Shown here: positions 10,301-19,300 of the stretch, one piece after another
Position numbering within the stretch: the stretch's first letter is position 1
Layout of the letters: every line of letters begins with the position of its first letter
DNA from: Saccostrea cucullata
Taxonomy: Eukaryota
Assembly (NCBI RefSeq): GCF_032062105.1
Contig: NW_026937907.1
Location: forward strand, 1 to 64,000
Length of the DNA stretch: 64,000 nucleotides
Direction: 5' to 3'
Translations under genes and position numbers: made by a program
The notes under the pieces: model-generated
Databases searched by the model: none
Told to the model about the DNA's origin: nothing
Seen by the model: only the letters and a program-made list of their open reading frames with translations

Positions 10301-13300
10301 ACCAGTATCAACCATATTTTTATGCCGTTTTGAAAATAGCATGAAGTAACTAGAAATATTCTGCATTTAGTTTCTAACAAATACAATTTTTGGTTTATGA
10401 GTTGGTTGCTTGGGAACGAAATTTCAGTACAGAAAACTGCACTCCACAGTAAATGGGGCTTGGGGAGGGAGATGTACTTGTGTTATGACTTATTCATCAT
10501 CTGAAAACAGTAATATCACAGATTTTTTCTATTAAACTTTTAATTCCTATACTGAATTAAAAATAGCTTTAATTTGTCAACAGGTGCACTTGTGAGCAGT
10601 GTGTTGCGATGCCTAATGCAGAAGAGTGTGTATGCTGCCAGGAGATACCTGAAATCAGATGCGTGACAGAAGAAGACCATCGACACTGCATTACACAGCA
10701 CAATGGGTTCTCCCCAGTATGTCTTCACCCTTCTGTTTTGAGGACGGCGTACCATGCATATAGACAGCAGTATGCAGAACTTCCGGAAACTAATGGGTAA
10801 TAATTCTGATTCAATTCAATGAAACAAATGTTAAAATGAAATCAGAATCAGTTTATTTCGCTCAAACCATACAATATGGTACATGAGGAACATAAACTAT
10901 AAACTTTAAATGAAACATAAATAAGACTAATTGGCTGTTCATTGTTTATTGAACATAGAAACTCACTTTAGAACAAATTGCACAGTGAACTTATCAAATT
11001 GTTTGATAATCCACAATGTCTCAAATTTATACAAACAGAAAATAAAACCAAAAATATTACAAACTCAACAAAATGAAAACATTAACACAACAATAGGAAA
11101 AAAAGGTCAAACTTGAACATTTCTCCCACCTCAATTCATTGCTGCCTTCTGGTGTGGAAGTGGGGACCCAGTACAGGTGGTTAACAATGCTCTTGATCCA
11201 CTCCATCAACCTCTCACAGTCTTTTTCCTTGCCGAGGGCTGTCAGCTTCTTCTTCAGACCTTAAATGTACATAGAAGTTTACAAAATCTGACAATTATGT
11301 ACATAGAAGTTTACAAAATCTGACAATTATGTACATAGAAGTTTACAAAATCTGACACTTGTCCTTCCTTTTTGAGACAATTTTAATACAAACGATAGAG
11401 TTTTATAATAAATTAGCGTCTTCCTTTACTTTATAAAATTTTAGCATTCAACTTTATTGTAAAAACAAGAAAGCAATGTCACAAACCTTTTGCAACATGC
11501 CAAACATCCACATAGTGTGTAGTGTCTGGCATATTCTCCCGAACCCATTTCGCCACCTGGAGATGTCGGTCTGTTATGAGCTGGCAGACTTCAATGTTGT
11601 TCTGTTGTAGGAATTGGACAACTCTTATCAGCCCTTCCTTCTCCATACGACAGCTTCCCCCGACCTCATTGCTCTAATAAGTAAAAAAAGTTACATTAGT
11701 TTACCTTAAAAGGTCAAATACTATTGAACATGATTTTTTTTTTTATAATTTTTTTTTTAAACTTATCACTTAGATAAGAATTATTGCATTTCTGTAAACA
11801 GTTATTTTTAGAATAAGTTGTTTCATGTATCATATGGTAAATACCTGTACAAGTTGGACATCAATGACGATGTTTTTGTCCAAATCCATGGCCGTGTAGC
11901 TGCCAAACTTGGCACAGTGACCTGGAGTGTCGGCCCTCCCATCTCCGCCCAAACGAACTGGCTGACCAGAGTCCTGAATCTGCTGTACATACTGGTTCTG
12001 GTGGTTCTTCCAAACACTAAGAATGGTGGGATGTAAGTAATGCTGTTGGTGATTCATGAAGGTCCTCACTGAGATTGTAGCAATGTCCATAAATTGCAAC
12101 ATCCGAATGGACTTTGTCGGCAAGGACCCAGAAAACAAAATGGCACATGACAGTTCAAAATTCCCAGCTGGGATGGCACCAATAAGGGGCTGGCTTGACC
12201 AAATTCTGCTGAAACGACAGCATCCACACTCTTGACGAACAGAAATGAAGGTTCCCTTTGAGTGAACGATGTCTGCCAAGGATGGGCTGGCACATCTTGG
12301 GCATGTCGCAAAGAGATCCATGAGTTGACTATGGTACACTATAAACTTCATTCCTCTCCTATCCCTGAAAATGCAGAGAGGTCAAAATTATGCTGTCACA
12401 AAAGTACTCTCAATCATGACTACTACATTACATATAAATAAATGAAAATGGGACTTAAATTATAACTTTGTGAAATATAAGTGGATTTGTTCTCATTTTT
12501 TTTTTTTCAGTACATCATGTCATCAAGTTATTGATTATTACTTGAAATAATATCTATAATATAATTACCCTCTGTCGGCTTCCAGCAAATCTTCTGAGTC
12601 AATGCTACTGAATGAGTCGTGAACTGATTCGTCCTCCTCATCTGAACCGTCATCCGTACCAATAGAGGAACGTTGTGTCAGCACACTCTTCATGTAGTAC
12701 AGGTGTCTCTGGTTCTCCAAGTCGTCTTAGGGGAGGAGCTGGCAGAAGTTCACAGGCAATTCCAACATCCCTGGTCTTCACAGGATTACCTGCCTGCACC
12801 ACTGAAAATAATAATTTCAATATGCACATTATTGTTTTAAAACACATTGTAGCCTACATTAAAGCATAAAAAATAAGTTGGGTTTTTTGAAACTACAAAT
12901 TCTTTAAAAAAAAAACAACAGGTGGAACTGAAATGAACTTAGCTGATTCAATTCTCACAATACTGTTTAACTTTAGCTTTACTCGACAAATATTCCTTAA
13001 ATATTAATCTTTATTCATTCAACATCGAGTCCCCTTGCACGAAAACTTGTGATCAACATTTTATCACCCAGTTCAGCTGGATAATGTTGTACTGATATTT
13101 ATAAATTAAAATACCTTTGTCGCTGGTCTTCCATTTGGTTTGGGTGTAGTGGGACTTTCTCATTGGCTTAGTCAAGGAGCGTTGGCACCCTACAGTCCTT
13201 GTCTCTTTTGCAACCATCTCTACGACAATGGTACATCTCTGTAAATATCAGACATAAAATTTTAATATACATAATGACCATCACAGCATGAAGAATATGC

Positions 13301-16300
13301 AGGAAACATTAAATTTTTTCAAAACATTTCTTTTTTTTCCCCATATGATTTTTTTTTCTTTTCTGTCAAATAAATACTTCTGACTGGGAACTATTTGTGG
13401 CTCATAATTAACAAATCTGCCCAAAATCTAGGTATGTAATATAGGACCAATGATAAGTATCCTTTAACCCATTTCCTACTGCAGCCAAGTCTGCAGAGCT
13501 TATCAGTAAGACGAGGGATAACATGCCTGCTGCTGTGATGGCTAAGTTAATTAGCACCATCTGTACTTTCTGCCTGATAACAAGATAATTAATCCCTGTA
13601 GGTATATAAAAGTATACATATTTATAAAGCTCTTAAAATTCTGCATCCAGCAGTATAAATTTCAATATGCAGCAAGAATGCTATCCCATGTTTTATCTGA
13701 TGTAAATAATAATAAATTCTTAAAAGCACTTGAAAATTTTTGTCATCTTTTTATTCAACTGCATTTTATGTGCATAAAGTGAATGTAAGCAGTATGTTTT
13801 TTTTGCATCAGTAGTTACATCAAACATTTCTGAACAATTTACAGTTTATTTCATTAAAAAATCTATAAAAATAAAAAAGTTATTGATATTTCAATACATA
13901 GGGTATTATCTCAGAATTTTCGACATTTGAATCAAGAATGGAATTTCTTTAAAAATTATTTAAAAAATATACAACATGCATTTTGCTACATTTTAAACAA
14001 AGTTTTAAGTAAAATAATGTATTACAAACATTATATCAAAACAAAAATGAAAAAAAAAATTTACTTACTTCAAAATAATATGTAATAAAATATTGCAAAA
14101 AGAAATCCTCAATTTTAATTCTCAACTCAAAAAAAGAAGTCACATTCACTAATGTTTACACTTTCATCATTCGCATGATGTGCTTAGAGCTGCACTCTAA
14201 GTGTACCGGGACATCACATTGTTGGCATCCAAATTTCGTAACACCTTTCCTTTGTCCTTGTGGTCCTGACAGGGAACATTCCCGGCACACTTTGTTTTTG
14301 GGGAACATTTTCACAATGTTATGCTCGGTAGCGCGTCCTCCACAGTCAAGTTTTTGTGGTTCTCTTCTAGATCTCACATCACCTATTAGATCTTCCACTA
14401 GGTCTTCTATATAGTCTTGAAAACTTGGCCATCTCTCACGAGCAATTTCTGGGTGGGTGTCCTTCACTACTATGTAGGAATTGTGAGCCGATGCCATCAT
14501 CAGATAGAAAAACAGCCTCCGCCACCACTTCTTTGATCTGTGACTCAAGAGATAGTACCCTATCATCTGATCACATAAATCCACCCCCTTCATGTGTTTC
14601 TGGTAGTCCGAGAGAAGTTTTGGAACCTGCACCACGGTGTTCTCGGCAGCACGTCGTGTCACTTGTCCTCGATGGCTAGGGTCATGAAAGTTTGACAAGA
14701 CACTTACGGGTTTCGTGTCCAACCAAATGCAGTACGTCAGGTTGTCTTTTTGAGCTACTTTGAACTCATGCTTCCTCAAGTTGACTTTAGATGGGATTAG
14801 ATCCTTTGGAAGTCCCTTACGGTTTGCACGCACAGTCCCACATGCCATGATCCCTCGGAGGTAAAGGTCATTCAGTAGGTCGGTGCCCGTGTAGAAATTA
14901 TCCATATATACATTCAAGTTTGATCCAAAGTAATTTCTGCACAAGTCCATCACCACTCTGTATGACAGTCCCTTTTCCTGATTTCCCTCCTTACCCGTAT
15001 ACACCTGGAACTTGCTCAAATAACCAGTGTCGCTTTCCGCCATTGCCCAAACTTTCAGTCCCCATTTTATAGGCTTAGCAGGTAGGTACTGGCGAAAGGA
15101 TAATCTTCCTTTGAACTTTATCATTGATTCATCAATGGTTACATTTCCATGTGGAATGTAAATTTCACCAAATTTCCTGTCCAAGAATTCCAAGAACCAT
15201 CGAACTTTCCAAAGTTTGTCTGGAATCTGTGGTTGTTCATCATTGTTTTGGATATGTAAATACCTCCATATTTGATGGAATCTATCCCTTGACATGATTC
15301 TGTTGAATGATGTGCAGAATAACCATTTATTCTGTCGCCAATAATCTGTTTTTTCTGGGAGACGCAGTATTCCCATTGCAAAACACAGTCCGAGAAATGC
15401 CCTCATTTCATTTGATTCCACTGGAGTCCATTTTGCTGCATACGGTGGGGGAGGGTTTTTTTCACGTTCCTGGCGAGCATAAATGTTCGTTTCATTTACT
15501 AATTTGTCAATGAGTTCATTTGTCCAAAATAGTTCAAAATATTGACCTGCCGATGCCTCTTCAGGGTGTTCTACAGTGGCCCCACCAACGTTTTTGTACC
15601 GATTCTGCATCCGGGGTTGGAAATTTTCCTTCACCCACTGATGCTGAAAGCCGAGAAATTCTTCATCTTCGTCACTATCCTCGGCGAAAATATTCAAAAT
15701 CCAGTCATCAACGTCTCCCTGGTTAACTTCACGATCAATATTTCCAGCTAAAACATCCATATCCTCTTCATCTACATCGTATTCTGCCTCAATATCGCTA
15801 CCATCGCTCAAATCTTCACCTCGCTCCGCCATTTTGAAATTTCGTTCGTGTCTAAAGCATCAGTTTTCTTTGTTTCAACCAGGTTTTCCCCTCATAAATA
15901 AGTATCTAGTTTCACTTTTATGTGCGCATGATCAAGGTCTATTTCCGCTTTTCCTTAGTCTGTAAAATGTTTTAAACATCCGGGCTTTTCAATGGCATTT
16001 AAAGACCAAGTATGACGCAGGTACGTAAACTACTACTGTAGTGGTAGTTCGCGATGTGAGCGGAATACGACTACAGACGTAGATCGCGGGGAATGGGTTA
16101 ATTCTCCTAAAAGCTTCATAAAATTAAATTCGATTTGCTGTCAGCTTCACAACAATGAAAATATTTTAAGCAAATAAGGTTGTGTACAAATTTTACCTCT
16201 TCATCTAATTCAATGGTTGGTGTGTTAATGGATCTCTGCTGCTCTGGTGTATTGTCAGACCCCGGCTGCTTTGGTATATCGTCAGATCTCTGCTGCTCTG

Positions 16301-19300
16301 GTGCATCACCCGACCCCTGCTGCCATGTATCGTCAGACCTCTGCTGCTCTGTCTGTGTGCCTTCAACCCCCTGGGGATTACATCTGTCACGGCCAGCTTC
16401 AGTTAGGGTGTCGGACTTGGACTCTCTCCTTGCCTGCTCAAACTCTAATACTATCTACAATTCAATTTTAAAACCGATATTCACAAATCCTTTAAAATAA
16501 ATGTTTTGGTCATAAATTTACTTTAAAAAAAAAGGAGTGATAAACTGCTAAAATAATATTGTTCATAGGTGATATTATAATGAAGCAAGCAATGCATCCC
16601 TTTATTTCAATGAAAAGGGTCAGACATGGGGCTGAGGTTTATGAACAGAATCTTTGAGGACCTTACAACAAATTTTAATTTCAAAGCGGCATTTTTGTCA
16701 ATTGAAGTGGTCAATTTGGCGCTTTCTAGGGAAGCAAGCATTCCGTAGTGTGCAATTACCATCGCCTGACACCCGAGACTACCAAATTTAGAGGTCAAGC
16801 TATCAAAAATCTATACTCTGTGTTAGCCCATTAGGCTATTAAATCTAAAAGAAAAGTAAACATATATTTACCTCCACCGAATTGAAGTTCGAATGAACTT
16901 TTTTGTAAAATCATAATCTTTAATTCGTTTAACCTATGCATTGTGTGTTGCTATCGCAAGTCGTCTCAGTTACAATGATATTCAATATAAATAGGGGGAA
17001 GTACCTGACAATTACAAAGCGCAAACGGTTAGCCATTATTTGTTTCATATATTTCAACTTAAGTAGTTTTTTAACCTTTATGTTATACTTATACATGTAC
17101 ATGGATTGTTTTTGGTAGGTAATGGGATAGTGACTGGCAAGTGGCAACCTAAGGCTAGTAACTTTGTTACTTCCACTACCCCGACGGGCTAGTATCTTAT
17201 ATTTGTAATTGCGCACCCCTGAAGTATGTGTTTATCTGGTTAAACAAATACATCAGATGCATAGAATTTTGAATGTACACATAATTTGACTGTGCTATTT
17301 GATATTGTGATGCCTGACAGGACCTTGATTTGGAAATAAAGAGTCTATCATCATGTACAAAATAGCTGCACAAGTATTGAGATGATGAAGATTACCATGA
17401 TTACAGCACTTATATTTATATGTAAATAAAAATATTTTAATAATAGATAAATAAATGATTGAATTAACTTACTCTTTTGGATTCCCTCCTGAGATAAGCC
17501 CTCCTAGGCTTCTTCGGGGTGCTAGTAAGAGGAGTCGTAGGATGGGCTTTCCGTTTCCCAAGTGCCAATGCCGGTGTGGTGCAAGGGTCCACTTTCGTCT
17601 GCAGTGTAGGAATGGCATCCTTATTGAGGTCCTTTCTGGATACTGTCACTCCCATCGACTCCATAATCTTGTACTTGGCAGGGTACGCATCCTCAGTGAA
17701 GTGAACGGAGCACAACGTGGACGTCTTCGAGGGACCCTTCCAATCTCGTCTGTACTGTTGCACAAACTGTATCCATCTTCGCAAAACGGCAGGTCTGTCA
17801 AAGGGAAAGTAGTGTAGGCTAATTCCCTCTATCTTTGTGTTGCTGCAGCCGCCCGCGACACATCGTCTTCCTCTGGAATCTGCTCTGGGGACGGGGGTCT
17901 CCGACATCCTCAGTTCACACGAAAATTTCACAAAAATCCAATGGAAAAAATTCTAAAAACTAATTTTAAACAAACTACACACTACATACTACGATCGCTG
18001 TACAACAAAAGTTCACAAAAGTCACTAGAAATATAAATAAAGCTCTAAAAACGTCCTCGAAAATTCACTCTCTCCTTTGTTTTCAAAATGGTCGGTCCAT
18101 GTAGTGACGTCACACTAGTGCATTGTGGGTGCCAAGGACCAAAACCGCGCGATTCACAAAGTCGCTCAGGTGTGAATTTGGGTTTTCCCCAAATAACTCC
18201 GTTAAACTTGCATCGATTTCGATGCAGTTTTTTTTGTTGGTTTTATTTCGCTGAGTTCTAAAACATATAACAGAATTGCTACCCATTTCCATTACCCTTT
18301 AATGATGCACTTAGTATAAAGATTTCATCTAAACAAAACCTGACATTGAACAACCATATACATATGTACAATTCCAAACTATGGTCAACCTAATTTCTGG
18401 TCACAATTTTCTTCCTTTATGTGATGCATCAATGGACATTTATGAATCAAGGTTTTATTCTCCATGACATATAACTTCAACATAATTTTGACTATTTACA
18501 GCAAATAAATATCAAAATATGTCCATAAATTGTAACAATCTTGTTCCAGTTGTGATACTTCCTCCCCCTAAGATTTATCAAATGTAAAGGTTTTATGGTG
18601 TTAAAAAAGACAGACAGTTTGACAAACTGGACACAGGAGTAGAAATGGAGAGGAACTATGGCAGGCCCATTGAAAGACTAGCGCATAAAAGTACTGAAGT
18701 GGCAACATTAAATTCAAGGCAGTAAAGTCACTCATTTTTAACAGATGAAGTGATAGGATTTTCAATGATTTAACAATGCTGGTAGAAATACCCAGATGAA
18801 TTGACTGTATATTTAATACGTATATGGCCTGTTACAGTATTGTGAGGACTACTTCTATACCAACCTTTATGTTTTACAGTATTGCGAGGACTACTTCTAT
18901 ACCAACCTTTTTGATTTTCTCAGAGTATTCAACAATAAATTCGCAGGTTTTCTGTAAATCTTTGGCAAGAAGTGGTCTTTTCATCTCTGCTTTTAATGAA
19001 TACTGAAATTTTGAAACAACATCAATTATTTTTCATAATATTGTCCCTAAGTTAGTAATAGTGATAATTGATGAACAGAACTTTAGTTTTCTAGCTAATA
19101 ATCATATACATGTAACTGATAGTAAAACTGGTGACGTGGATATATATATGCAATGCTGCAAAATACTGTAGAAACATCTTTGATCGTTGGGACCAATGAT
19201 TCTGGATTTTGTGGGTTACCATTATCCAGGAATTTACATCCCCACTGAACAATTTTTTTCTATATATCTTTCCATTACATCTTCTAAATATACAGTTACC

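Larger units (their letters stand above)
11110..17907 (-). pseudogene. Kolobok THAP-DDE transposase, frameshifted and 3' truncated; exons about 17907-17473, 16454-16197, 13238-13115, 12801-12569, 12364-11845, 11673-11487, 11259-~11110
   Basis: THAP domain CVAGGCSN...LHYFP...W...LCSVHF...DAIPT. Core motifs CPRC...ECGCC, GGDGRADTPGHCAKFGSY, SNEVGGSCRMEKEG, LITDRH, DVWHVAK and IVNHLYW. In-frame stop/frameshift near 12650. Similarity ends after LRWEK. Confidence 0.88.
9488..18298 (-). mobile_element. Kolobok-superfamily DNA transposon (internally deleted) in VPS26C intron 4
   Basis: TTAA on both sides (9484-9487, 18299-18302). ~107-bp TIRs AGGGTAATGGAAATGGGTAGCAATTC... (9488-9594, 18192-18298). 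Encodes a THAP-DDE transposase (-) and a convergent Cys-rich KolX-like gene (+). Confidence 0.92.

Noticed and set aside
9715-10796. Host P2X7 purinoceptor gene
   Set aside because: No P2X transmembrane or ectodomain exons are present, and the sequence lies inside transposon TIRs.
14175-15751. Overlapping antisense ORFs within the piggyBac transposase
   Set aside because: Short shadow ORFs expected opposite a long coding sequence; no recognisable features.
15833-15860. piggyBac acting as an in-frame exon trap (THAP-piggyBac or VPS26C-piggyBac fusion, as in CSB-PGBD3)
   Set aside because: The nearest candidate acceptor (TTTAG at 15852) is 19 nt before the ATG, out of frame with the upstream phase-0 donors.
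17464-17931. Independent host THAP transcription factor
   Set aside because: It is exon 1 of the spliced Kolobok transposase, with a donor at 17472 and in-phase downstream exons.
9488-18298. KolobokP-type element with long terminal direct repeats and a His-Me nuclease
   Set aside because: Only inverted termini are seen; I found no long direct repeats or nuclease ORF.
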